The notes under the pieces are model-generated. The model was given only the letters and a program-made list of their open reading frames with translations. It did not search any database and was not told the DNA's origin. From Hormiphora californensis (Eukaryota > Animalia > Ctenophora): a DNA stretch of 64,000 nucleotides. Position numbers and translations under genes: made by a program. Numbering within the stretch: position 1 is the stretch's first letter; each line of letters starts with the position of its first letter. The stretch spans positions 1,922,001 to 1,986,000 of the forward strand of contig CM035360.1 in NCBI GenBank assembly GCA_020137815.1, written 5' to 3'. Positions 40,256-52,960 of the stretch are shown here, piece after piece.

Positions 40256-43200
40256 CTAGTCCCTGAATGTCCATTTCAGCTTATGCAAGGTATCCAAAAC
40301 CTTACTCAACCTAACAGTCCTACCCGCAGCGACCAAACAAAACTCGCCCCGCTTCGTTTTACATCCACATCCAGTGACCGACTGAGAGAACACTCCCTTC
40401 TTTCCGACCGGGTAGGGCTCTCCAAACGTTATCCGGTTATTCCACAGCCTTATCCGCGAAATGCTGACCTTCTTTTCCAGGACGATGCAAGCCCCAACAG
40501 CCGCTTTGAAGCCATCTCCCGTTATCCCTTCGATGCCGATTTCAACTCGAGAAAACAAGTCCACCTCAATGTCATTCTGCATGTTGTTCTCCTCCCATCC
40601 AGGGTTGAACCTGTAAATTAGAGGCTCACCGTCAAGTGGTAGCAGCTTCTTGAATATGGATAACCAGGGCTCCTTCAAAGTTTCCATCAACTTCGCTGTC
40701 TCACGTTCGTGGATCTTCAGTTTTATAGCCGCGACATCGGTTAGCGGGACATATGGGAGGATTTGACTGGTATCATTAACAGGTGGCAAGCATGTCCTGG
40801 ATCTCAGCCTTCACGACATTACTTCTCGGTCTGTTAAACTTGTTGTTAAGACTATCAAGTAGCTCCTTAGCACAGTCTCTCAACTCAATCCATCTCGATG
40901 CTGCTACCTTCTCCCTCCACTCCCTGATGTTCACTATAAACTCGTAACTGTGAACATGTGTACTTGATATGCTGCTCAAGAATCAACAACAAATCCACGC
41001 CATTACACTTTGCATCAGTCAGGATCCAACTCTGGCATGTTACTTGCCTGTTGTCGCAGCTCATTAGGAGTTCTATATACCGTCCTATCCAAATGTTCCC
41101 GAATCTTCCAGGCGTCAAACGTGTCGTGCTTGCCACGAGGTTTCAGGTACATTGAGGGATCAGGGATGAAGTACGGATCATTTTCTGGATCATCACCATC
41201 ATCTCCACCCTCTTCTGATCTTGTTACATCTTCGAAAATAACTGTAGGGGGTGGTATGTCCTCTCCATCTTCCGTTTCACCAGCAGCAGGAGGAAGAGGA
41301 GGGACGATGACGGGGTGAGCGATACCGGTACCTCCCATATCCATCCCACCAAACATTGCTTCATAGGACGGTGGAGGTAACATGACATCACTTTCCAGTT
41401 CCTCATACTCGGGGAGAGGGGGCAGGTTTTCTACACCCAGATCCTGAACATCATAACTCTTGTCATTCTTTTGAGCCACTCTGACTACTTTTAACATCCG
41501 GTAAAATGGACCTGATACCTTGTCCCACTGGTAAACAAACTTGTGTTCCTTCTCCATTTGTTTTGCGATAGTTATCACCAACTTTTTAAACTCTCCCCGG
41601 GCCTTTTCTTGAGTTGAAGTTTCCGCCAGGACCTTTGAGAGGATGATGGAGATCAGAATGGTGAGAGCAAGAAGTCCGAGAGTAACATAAACCACAATCA
41701 TGTCCTCACTCTCGAGTAGTTCCATATCGATAAGGATCTCCCAAGCAAGGATGCCACCCGCGAGCAGGAAGACCCCGATGAAAGATTCAATTCTCCATAG
41801 CAACAACACCTGACTGTTGCACGTGCGCATTCCGGTAACCAGGGGAAACAATAGTGAAGATATGATCATCACCATAACAGCAATAACAATTACCGAGAGA
41901 ACGACAACTTTGTTTTCCGCAAACAGACTAACGACTACCACAACCACGAGTTTCAGGACGTTAATCAACGCTGAGTAGGGAGGTGAGAACATGAGATCGA
42001 CATTTTTGTTGGTTACATCTGTATACTGGAGGCAGTACAAAAGAGACGTCAGGATATACCAAACGATCATGATGAATGAGAGAGGTGCCATAACCTCGTG
42101 GACTCCTGTCCAACAGGCTACATCCGGATCTTCAAACAGGGAGGGACACACAGTGGCGTTGGTACAGTTTGTGTAATCGCAGGATAGCATACTGACTCCA
42201 AGCTCGGGTACGGTGACAAAGAGGGTTACCCCAAAGAATGTGAGATAAGATCTCCACACAAAATGGTTTTTACTGAAATACCCGGGCGGTTTTCGCTTCA
42301 CAATGCTTTCAAGAAGTGTTGGGATGGTGCAGACACACAACCAAATAAGGAAGAGGGTGACGAGGAATCCAAACCGAACGGTGTACTCAAATCTGTCCAG
42401 CAGGATCCATTGAGCTACCTCTCGGATCTCATCGGCGTAGGGAACAATAAGTCCTCTAACTGAAAATGTCAGCGCTATCAACTGTACCACCTCAATAACC
42501 TCTACACCAACCGTCTGGGCGTTGAAGTAGTTGAACCTCACATAATCAAGGGTCTTGACTGTCTTGTCCTGCTCCTCCTGACTCTTAGTCTTTACTAAAA
42601 TAAAGGCACTGACAAGGAGCGTGACAAGCCCGAGGTATGCTGCGATGCAATAAGAAACCACCTGGTCTTCCATGTCCCCATCAACCACCAGATCACTGAC
42701 CAGATGGACTATGACAAAGGGCGATCCCATGATAATGAGATAAAGGGGGAAAGAGAGGAGGTAACCCAGACAGGCATTGATACCTGTTCCAATGATCGTG
42801 TTGACTATCACTGACAGAGGAATGAGGACAATGAAGAGGACTGATGCAAACAGGAACTGAACAGTCTCCCATTTGAAGCACAGACATATCAGACTTCCAA
42901 AGTCCCGCAGAATGCTAATTGGGTAACGGGAGATGGTCCGGCGTGCTGCGGTGATGCTACCCTTGCTCAGTAAATCATGGGAGAGATCGCTGATTAGGGC
43001 AGGGCACCGGTAAACCGAGAGAATGACCACGAACACTTTGAGAAGGGCTAGGAAATCTTTTCCGTACTCTCGTGTCTGGTTTACCACCGCATCTCTCATC
43101 CTGACCTTGCTGTAGCGGATCTTCCACATCGCTCGGACCATGGGCGGGATACGGTAGAGAAGGAGGGAGTTGAGGAAAAAGAGGGAAGCAATGCCAAAAT

Positions 43201-46109
43201 ATCCGCTTGTTATAGTTTTTAGGATGACTGTGTGGTTTTGTTTCCGAGTTCGCAGGAAAAATCCAATCTTCTCGCCCCAGAGCGGAACCTTCGGGACTTT
43301 ATATGATTCTAACTCAGAGTAAAAACCGTCCAACGTTGTTTCAAGGGCCTTGAGTTCTTGGTCGCATAACTTCATATTGTTATCTCTCGCAGCTAGGCTC
43401 GGTTTCCTGCAGTACCCGCTTTCAATCTGGTACCTTCGGTTATAATGGAAGGGTTTCTTGGCCTCATAGAACGTGACACAGCACAGGAGGTAGATAATCC
43501 TGTCATCAAGCTCGTGTCGCAACATCTTATCTCTGATTTCCTGGACTTGCAAGATGTAACTATTTGATGTTTTTACATTGCTGTCCTTTGGTCCAATAGC
43601 CGTTTCGATCAACCTTCTCTGAACCACCAGTTCATTGATCGAGTTAACAGAGTATCGCTTCACCTCAACGGACAGATCTGACTCCAACTTCAGTCTCATC
43701 TTGTGCCGCAGGGTAATGATATACTGGATCTGGTCCAAATACTCACACGACCTTCTGTACTTGTAGTGGGTACGATCCTCCAGAAGGTTCGTCCACGCTG
43801 CAATAGGACGGAAAACAGCGACCACGAGGAAGACACAAAAAAAGAAGATATCCTTGCACAGGAACTTTGTTTCTTCGATCATAATGAAAAGGAATTCCTG
43901 GTAGAAATCACCACTTTGGATAACCCTCTGCAGGATGAATGGGATCTGGTAGATGAAGGCACAGTTGATAATCAGGAGAATAAAGGCGGGAATATCCAGG
44001 ATAAGCCCGATAACGTGCATGAGAATCGCCTTTCGAATTCTCCAGCCTCGAACTGCAAAGAATTTATCTGCAAAGGAGGGATCTTTTTTGGGTTGTTCGG
44101 GAACCATTTCCTCACACGGCACCTCAGTCCCAACGGTTTGAAGATTGGCGGTACTATCCATAACACCATCGCCACCCTCCTGTAACTGTGTCTCTGCCAC
44201 TCCTGGAGGATTAACCTCATCACCCTCTTCTTCATCATCATCATCATCTTTAGGGGTGTTTGGATCTTCGTACTCCGTGTGTTTCCTAATCTTCCGGACC
44301 ATCCCAGGGATCCGCCAGATGGTAGCCGTGATGATAACCATCCCGAGCAGGGTTAGGAAGTCCACCATTAGGAGTAAAAACTCGGTAAACGCAAAGCTGT
44401 GGATGAAAGCATAACTTGGTATGTCGTACACAATGTAATGCGCGATTTTAATCTTCTTTTCCTCCTGTGGCTCACCGGAAGCTGCTGCGGGTTGAGGATC
44501 ACTCAATAATTTTTCCCCCTCCCTCTTCTTCTTTTCCTCTCTCTTTGTCCCTCAGATGCTCCCTCACGTTGCTGATGAGAAAGGGCACCCTCCAGAGGGT
44601 CACAAAGACGGTCACGTAGAAGATGGCCGCCGCAAAATCTAGACACAACCACATAAAAGATTTTAGGATGGCGACCCGGAATTTACACTGCCAATCCTCC
44701 TCGTGCCAGTCGTGGTGAGTTTTCTTGAGGTTAACCGACCGGAACTGGATTATGTGGTACAGTCTCCACGGGCAACACCAACAGAACAGGACGCAAAAGA
44801 ACAGGGCGAAAATACAGGGAAGATCGAGAAGGAAATGTCCGAATTGCTTCCAAAATTCCAACCGAATCTTTTTGATCTTCCTGGAGGTGGTCTTGTCCTC
44901 AGAAAGTGGAAATATCTGCATAAAGAAGGCTATTCTCCACGTAAACAGGGTGAAAATAATGGGCGGGATGGTGGCAATATCTGCAAAAACTTGGAAGAAC
45001 TGGAACATGATGGAATATCGAAGTGAAAGTTCTTTACCCCGGTCCTTTGATGATGTGATGAACTTTTTGAACTTGAGAATTAGAACTGGACACCTCCAAG
45101 AACAGAGGACAATAACAATCGGAATCAGCATTATCAGATCGATGAGATAGCGGAAAAAGTGAACCACCAAAGATGCTCTTAACTTCCTTTCGATCTTCCC
45201 ACGGGTTTGGTATGGCGAGGTGTTGTTGTTGTTGAGGCGCTCGTTGAACACCTTAACCTTCTTGATCACAATAGGTAGTCTCCAGGAGAAAACCAATGGT
45301 AGAATCATGGGAATCATTAGAATATCTGCTATCAGCCGGAAGAAATTCTTGAAAATTCTCCACCACGTCTTAGCATCCCTCTTAATGAGCTCACTCTCAC
45401 TGGGCTTTCCAATATTATAATCAGTATTAAAGTGATCCTTTGCAATCCAAATCATGACTGGTAAACGCCAGGTGAAGCAAAGGAGTAAGTAGAAGATAAA
45501 GAAGAATATGTCGAGGAAACAGAAGATCGCCTGAGAGATAATAACCCATTTTTTCTTAAACTCCTTGTTCTTTTCCTCCTTATCTTTTTCTTTTATCTCG
45601 TTCCAAGCTCTCACCGCTCTCCAGGGACAGATAAGAAAGACGACCAAAGTGAAGGGAATGATGAGGAGATCCGTGAGGAGTCCAGCGAACTCCGTTGCAA
45701 TATTTTTGCGGAGTTTGAAGCCGCAGTATCCCCAATGTTTCAGGTCGTGCCCATCAAACCACTTGGATCGGTCGTGAGTGGTGCAGAGGAAGAACAGTCG
45801 CCATGGAAACACGACAAGAAAGATAAACATGATCATGAAAGGGATGTCCGAGATAAAAATGAGGATTTGAAGGATCCCACCTAGCCTCCACCACCACCCG
45901 AACTCCTTCCGTCCGTGACTTGAGGTGGTTTTATAAAGCACATAGACGAGGGGGAAGATACGGATAATGGTACATGCCGCGATGAGGTTTAGGACAAGGC
46001 CGAGGAGATCAAAGAGGCGAAGAAGTAAGAAGTAGGTGAACACACCCGCTGTTTGGCATGTCCTTTTTACTACTGTGGCAATACACTGGATAACCACATC
46101 GTCGTCCAT
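40256..46109 (-). CDS. Large, apparently intronless multi-pass membrane protein (~1950 aa if joined), interrupted by four +1 frame changes
   Basis: Five overlapping ORFs (46109-44499, 44506-41015, 41136-40885, 40979-40776, 40789-40256), each shifted +1 from the previous one. Repeated hydrophobic motif D[ILV]..[hydrophobic]n-W/YR.P, then a multi-TM block with Cys-containing loops. Confidence 0.75.
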
Positions 46110-46510
46110 GTTATCCCTGACGTTACCATGGGAACCTAAATGCGGGGGATTGAGTTATTAATGTTACCATGGTAACCGGGGGAATTGAATTATTAATGTT
46201 ACCATGGTAACCGGGGGGGAGGGGGGGAATGGTTAGCAAAACTACAATTACAAGACAAGAGGATCATTAAATTAGCAAAACTACATCCTGATGCTAGTAC
46301 CAGGCTAGATATCACTGCTCTACACCGCCCGATGGGACAGTCGTGTAACATGTCAACGAAAAAGTGTAACGCTAACCGAATGATGTACATGCAAACGGAA
46401 CTGCGAAAAGTGCACTGTAAAAACATAATAAGTTAAGTACAAAACTCTCTATTGAAACCGTTCCTAGCGACACTTCCAAATTATATTTCACACAGCTCTA
46501 TTGTTCCATG

Positions 46511-48508
46511 CTACTCCGAAGACTCCGCCAGCACTTTTTCTTGCTTTCTCTCGTTGCTACGGACAACGAACTCAACAGGAGTCGAGGGCACGTTGGAAAT
46601 GTAAGAACCATCTCCCTCGGGTACAATAAGAGTTCCCTGTTCTTTTTGGGATCCAGTAAGTAACCTGAAACAGTGAATAATGGGATGCTGAATTTAATAG
46701 CTTTGCGGGATAAGATGCTGAATAATAACTTTGCGGGATAAGATGCTAAATAATAGCTTTGCGGGATAAGATGCTGAATAATATTTTTGCGTCTACAGTG
46801 GATTGTTAATCTTACCGTTCTAAAGCTGAATCAACGTTTTGTCGAGTCACAAGCTTTCCCTGCGCCTTCAAATCTAGGAAATCAGTAGCCTCGACACGGG
46901 GGTCTGTTATTGACTGTTGCCGGTATGCATCACTTAAATCTTGCCTGTGATTATTAGAGATTCATGAATTTTTTTTAAATTAAATTAATTTTTTTCAATG
47001 GTTATACTGTTGTCACGTACAGGGGCAAGAAGAAAGAGACATTGGACATCAGGTAAAATGACCTACTTGTCGACTTGAGGTAATTGTGCGATAAATGGCT
47101 TTTCCGCTAATATCCTTGCAATAGCGTCCTCCCTTCGCTTCTCTAACAGTTCATACTGCTCATCTTTACTACCTACTTCTGAGTACATGACTTTCCATTT
47201 CTCTGTAATATGGGTGAAATGTATGATTCGAAATCATACCAATAAATAAATCAGGGAGGGATCTCCTCCGACTACTGGGATAGAAGATACAGTTTGAAGA
47301 AAAAAGCCGGCTTTAGTAGTAAGCGAACCATACTTTGTTCCCCGTATCTACAAATTACTGCTCTACACCCCCCCCCCCCCCCCTAAGAAATAAACTCTTA
47401 CTTCGTAGGTATAGAAGTTGTGATCTGAATTCTGCTTCTTTGAATCTTACAGCCTCATCAAACTGTATGTCGTGTTGTGTCGGCTGAAAATACAATCATG
47501 ATATTATATTATGTGATCATTGATCATAGTGTGCTGTGTTTCCCTGGTCAGAAGAGTCAGGTGTTGTGTCGGCTGAAATGGTATGACTGTACTTCTCGCA
47601 ATTTTACAGTGCAATTTTACAGTCATCATGACTCAGTGAGTCATGTGTTATGACAACTTATCAGGCACCCAAATCAACCAAATCTAAAAATACCAACTTA
47701 CCTTTGCCTTGTTCGACCCTCCTTCCCCCTCCAAAACAAACTTACCTCAATTTCGGCTAGCAACTTCTTTAGTCCTCTCGTTTTCCTCATCGTGTTAGTG
47801 TGCTCCTTCCATACCTTCCTTTTCGCTACAAACTTATCGTTATAGTTCGCCACCTGCAACAAGTTCACAGTGATGTAAGATAGCTTTGAGGAGCGGGCGG
47901 GGAGCCCGCTATATAAGTCAAGGAAGTCAAGATCAGTACAGTAGCAAGGTTTGGGTTTATCTGATTTAGGACTGAAACAATAACACAGCCGCTGCAAGAG
48001 TAGTTCTAGTCTGTCAGAGCATTGGCCTAACCCTATTCTCATTTCTTTCAATTTTCAAAAAAGAGTGTGCGAGAAAAGTGGTCAGAGCATTGGCCTGACA
48101 GGTTCTAGTAGAGGAAGAAGAAAATGAGGAAAGAGTATAGTATTCTTTCACAAAGCATTTACTCATATATGATGCATTAGAAGAAAGAAGGAAGAAAAAT
48201 GCAAGTTTGTTATTGAGTAGACCACCCCTACAATACATCATTTTGCATTTATCCCCACCCCAGCTCAGTGACATAATATTTTACCCTGGACCTGAGCTCT
48301 ATGCACACACACTTTTTAGGTAATAGCCCGGTAAATCAGGGTTCCGGTATATTATATCGAGGTTTGACTGTACAGTCGGACCCTGAATTACCGGGCAAAA
48401 CCCTTTCCCCAAACATCCCGATAAATTCTCGGTTTACTGTACCTGTTGTAGTGACATGCTTCCACCAGCAATACACCTCCCCACTTTGTGAGCTGCAGTA
48501 CACAACAT
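46511..48508 (-). CDS. ~220-aa 6-exon gene, possibly mitochondrial; weak resemblance to mitoribosomal mS26
   Basis: Phase-consistent exons 48508-48443, ~47853-47745, 47483-47402, ~47202-47067, ~46944-46816, ~46664-46511; basic N-terminus; LVTRQNVDSALE resembles mS26 FITRENLEARVE (identity uncertain). Confidence 0.6.
48373..48439. mobile_element. Short TA-flanked MITE with CAGT..ACTG ends (Tc1/pogo-like)
   Basis: TA-CAGTCGGACCCTGAATTACCGGG...CCCGATAAATTCTCGGTTTACTG-TA; related sequence at ~28508-28559 and ~28307-28337. Confidence 0.6.
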
Positions 48509-48617
48509 AATGTTCCTCCTAAAATAAAGAGAGGGGCCGTTTAGTTACCAAGAATTAGAATATTAAAACAATGAAATATAATCACACGTGGGGGCGGGGT
48601 AAAACTAATAAAATATA

Positions 48618-51600
48618 TCAAGATCCGATGGTGGTATCCTCTTCCTGTTCTGCAACTTTCTCAGCAAGTTTTCCAAACACTTCATCAGGGATACACTGTT
48701 TCACAATACCATCATCTTCTTCCTTATCTTCATCTTCATTCTCTTTATCATCTTCATCATCGTCATCATCATCTTCCCCACCGTCAAGATCGATTTCGTC
48801 TGGGTTGTCAGCCTGACTCTCTTGTTTCTGGCTCTCCGCTGGAAGAGAGGGTCGTGGTGTTATGTGTTAGTGAGTACCTCACCGTTTTTCCCACAGTAAC
48901 TAAACTTATGTACGCATATTCAAACTGTACACTCCTGCAGTACCCAAAAAATAGAACTGTAAACTGTAAACACTACAGCACACCCAAAGGAACTTACCCC
49001 TGACAAAGTTGACCTCTTTCTGGAGTTGTGCCATGGGGTTATCAGCTACCGCCTCGGTAGGCGCAGCATCAGTGGGAGGCACATTGAAACTGCTCTGGGT
49101 GCTATATTTGTCCCTTACACTTCGTTTTATCCGCAGCATCTCACGGAACGTATCTTCGTTACCGTGGGACACCTCAAATCCTTGCCACAACTGGGGGGGA
49201 GAGAAAATAATATCATGAATTAAATTTTATGTCAAATTAGAACTGCAACGCTGGGGGGGATAACCAGTGTTGGCCTCGGCAATTAACCCCAATCCCGCTT
49301 TTCTCGGTCTGAACCATCCAGGGAGACTAACCTTCCAGAACTCATTACAATTCCTTGGATCAGCAAACTGGGATGTGTGGATATAGATTGTCCTTGCACG
49401 ATCTATCTCCCCTAATTTCGTCTCCAGCTCAGCAAACCGTTGTCCGAAAGATCGAGCATCCCTATCTGGAAGGACATCCATTGCTTGCTCGTAAATTTGC
49501 CGAGTGTGGGTTACCCCGAAACAGGCGGTGGCTCGGTTTATGTAAATTTCAAACATCTCCGCTTTGTCCTCCTGTGGGAGAGAGAGAGGGGTGGTGAGAG
49601 TGGAGGAGGGGTGAGAGTGGTATAGAGATTGTCTCGTGCACCAGAACTGAGAACAGCAGTATGAAAGCAAAAAAGTGTTGCATCGTTCCAAAGTGTACTT
49701 CACCCACACACTTGTTACTTACCTTTGCAAAATACTTCACCCACACACTAACCTTTGCAACAAGCTCAGTAGCCCGATTATAGACTGCCATGGCGTGTCG
49801 CTTCAGCCCGTGTTCCTCTTCTAGCTTGGCGTACAGCAGGAAGAGAGACTTGGTAAACTTCTCTGGACATTTATCCAGTGCCTGCTCGAAAAGATCACGT
49901 GCCCGTTCTAGCTTGTCCCCACCGTATCTGAATATAGGGAGGGGGTGATGGAGGGATAGAGGGGAGGTTAGGAGTGGGGAGGTTAGGAGGGAGGGAGAGA
50001 TAGAGGGGAGGGACATATAGGGAGAGGATGAGGGATGTGGGAACTCTGTCAAAGTTATTGAGGAATAAGATATTGAGTGGTATGTGGTGTACGACGTAAG
50101 TGATACACACGAACAAGGCAAACACACGTCATACCTTTTCACAAACTTGGTAAGATAGGTGGTCCAAAGCTCAAAGACAAGGGGCCACTTGAACATCGCT
50201 ACACCTCTCTCATACACCTTAAACGACTCTTCAAAGTAATTCTTCTCTTCCAAAATCTCAGAAAAGTTTAGGATAATCTGGGGCGAGGCGATCTTCAAAT
50301 CTAGGATCTTGTAGTACACATTCTTGGTCGAGGTGAACGTCCCCAGACTCTCCTCCAAATCAGCGTATAGAGACCACAATTTGAGGTTCCTGACACAATG
50401 AACAATGTTTGTTATTAAGGACTGTTGACAACTAGAACTTTATTGCAGCAGACTAGAATTTTATTGCATTAAAAGATAAACAGACGGTTTCTGTATGCGG
50501 GTGTGTGGGTATCTTATTGTAATTTATTGTGTACCTGTAGACCCGGTTCTGGACTGGTTCTGTCCTGTCGTAATAGCTAGGTTTGTGTGGGGGTGGGGTG
50601 GTGGCCTTGTTGAGGAGTGTCTGGGCTTCCTCATAACATTCGTGTCGTAACTCCATCTCTACGTAACTTAACCACACATCAGCAAGCTCCTCTACCTACA
50701 GGAGGAGGGGAAGGGTGTGAGGATGGTGTGAGGATGGTGTGAGGGGGTGTGAGTGTGAGTGTGTGATTCATAATCAGATGTCTGGGTGTGAATCTTGTGT
50801 TATATGAGTTGGCATAGGAGAATCTCCTAGAATCATGATATCTTTATAAATTCGGACCCCAATTTGTGTGTGCGTGTCCAAGAACCGACCGACTCAGGAA
50901 ATACTGGTCCCTGATTGGCTGATAACCAGTCACGTGACCTAAATAACGAGTTCTGATTGGTTGTTTACTTGTATCGGTCGGTTCCTGGTTCAAACCTTGA
51001 CAAATGGAACCGCAACAGCCTTCTCGAAGATCATCCTGCTCTCTTTCAGCTGTTTGTTATCCTCATAGAACTTGGCAAACTCTATCCACAGTTGGCTCAG
51101 TTTTCCAGAGGCTAACTTGGGGTCGATTGTCTTGATTGCTTCCGTGAAGGTGTTTACGATGTCTCGCGGTTTTCCTGAAAAGAGAGAGTTGTAACAGAGT
51201 GTTATAGATCGTACTGGTTCAATTTGAAAGCAGCTACTGAAACATCTAATATCTATCCTAACACAAATCAGATCAATTACCTTCAAATAGTCCCACTCTC
51301 TTCAACCACTCGTTGACATTGTGTGGATTTTGCCTCAGTAGCACAGAATTGAGAAGGAGCGGCCGTCTTTCAATCAACTTTTCAAATCTCCTCAATCTCA
51401 ACTGGAGGTCCATTTCATTTTCCTCGCTCTTCCCGCTCTTTTTTCTCTGCTCAATCTTGAGGGTGATTATCTGTTCCTCGAACTCAGAGTAAACATCGAA
51501 TACCTGCCCGAAATCTCGCACTGTCATGACCGATTTAACTGCCTCCTCGTAAATGTCTCGTGCCTTGTCAAACTGTCTCTTTCTGATGTAGTAGTCCGCT

Positions 51601-52960
51601 AGAGATATCCAGAGGCGACCTAGAGGGAGATTATATTATACAACGATTGTGTATTTGATGTTCTAAATCTCCTTTACTTTTATAAAAGAGCTCTCTAGCC
51701 GTGGCGGGGTGCAGGAAACAAGGCAAGTACAACGATCGAGAATGAGAAATGTGAGATAGTTAAATTCAGAAATAATACCAATGTCCAATGTGGACCCCTA
51801 CCAGTCATATCAGTGAACCGTTGAAGTCCTTGTCGTATGACTGGCTCCACATGGATCGAATGGATTTTGGTAGGATTCTCACTCAACAGCTGACATAGCA
51901 TTTCCCACATTTGATGCTTTGATTTTCCTGAAAGGATTCGTTAGAAATAAAGATTTGATCACAAAGGTTAGTCTGTATTGTCAACTGTTGAAAGCCTGAG
52001 GGAGACAAATAAATTCATGGCATAACCGAATGTTTATTGTTAGATTATTGTTAGATTACTAAATTAGTAGTTTAATTTAAACTACTAATTTAGTAACTTA
52101 CCTTTTTTAGACTGGAAATCATCATCATTGAGGCATTTAGTAAGGAGTAGCGCAGCTTCATCCAGATGGTCAACGGAGATCAGAAAATCAATGAGAATCT
52201 AAAACATGGAACTGGGTTATGAATTATAGGTTGTGCAACAAAAGAGTGTGCAGAGTAAAGGTAAACACTCTGTGTGTTCGGTATTTCCGGCTCAGTTGTA
52301 TGTGCATTATGTTGGTGAATACACCAATGAACCGGAGCCAAGAAAGTGAGTGTGCGGAATAGTGTAGACAACACAATAATAACTATGCGACACAAAAGCA
52401 GCTGATTGGTTAACTTGTTACATTTAATTACATGTGTGAGCCGTGTCCCCTACCTCAGCGTCATCTGGGGCAAGTTGAAGGTATCTCCTGTAAACTCGCA
52501 GCGCTTGTTCCTTGATGTTATGTTTCTTGATAAACTCCAGGTATATCGGCCAGATCCTCCCATGCTGAGTGATGGGAAGGGAGCGTAGCGCTCGATCCAG
52601 TGTTTGCCGAGCCTTCGTTACATAGTTCAGATCCACTACGAACTTACAATAGTCCATCCAAATCCGGGGCATTTTATGCAGAAACACCAGAGCTCGTTCA
52701 TAGCAATCAATAACTCGGTCCATTTCAGGATCTTCAACGGAGCGGTGTTTGGTTCCCTTGCGTCTGAGACACAAATACTTGTACCAAATTTTGTAGCTGC
52801 ATGGTAACTCCTTTAGTGCTCTCTCATACACAGTGTACAGGGCTATTTTGGGTCCCCGGGATTTGTGTTCCGCATACCGTAGCCATGGTTTCACGCTGTA
52901 TGCGTTTCTTAGGACCTCTTCCTCATACGGAATATCCTCATTTTCGATCTGAGCAACCAT
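48618..52960 (-). CDS. XAB2: Pre-mRNA splicing factor SYF1/XAB2 (HAT repeats), multi-exon
   Basis: [128 protein letters not shown]. Confidence 0.98.
50879..50987. mobile_element. 109-bp hAT-like MITE in an XAB2 intron
   Basis: Reverse-complement copy of 39311-39419; TSD not recognisable. Confidence 0.9.

Noticed and set aside
44499-44520. Euplotes-type AAA-stop +1 frameshift signal
   Set aside because: The codons before the four stops (GAG, GAC, GAT, TGT) share no slippery motif.
41991-45777. Antisense ORFs over the membrane gene (also over USP30, CXXC1 and XAB2)
   Set aside because: Expected shadows of real coding sequence.
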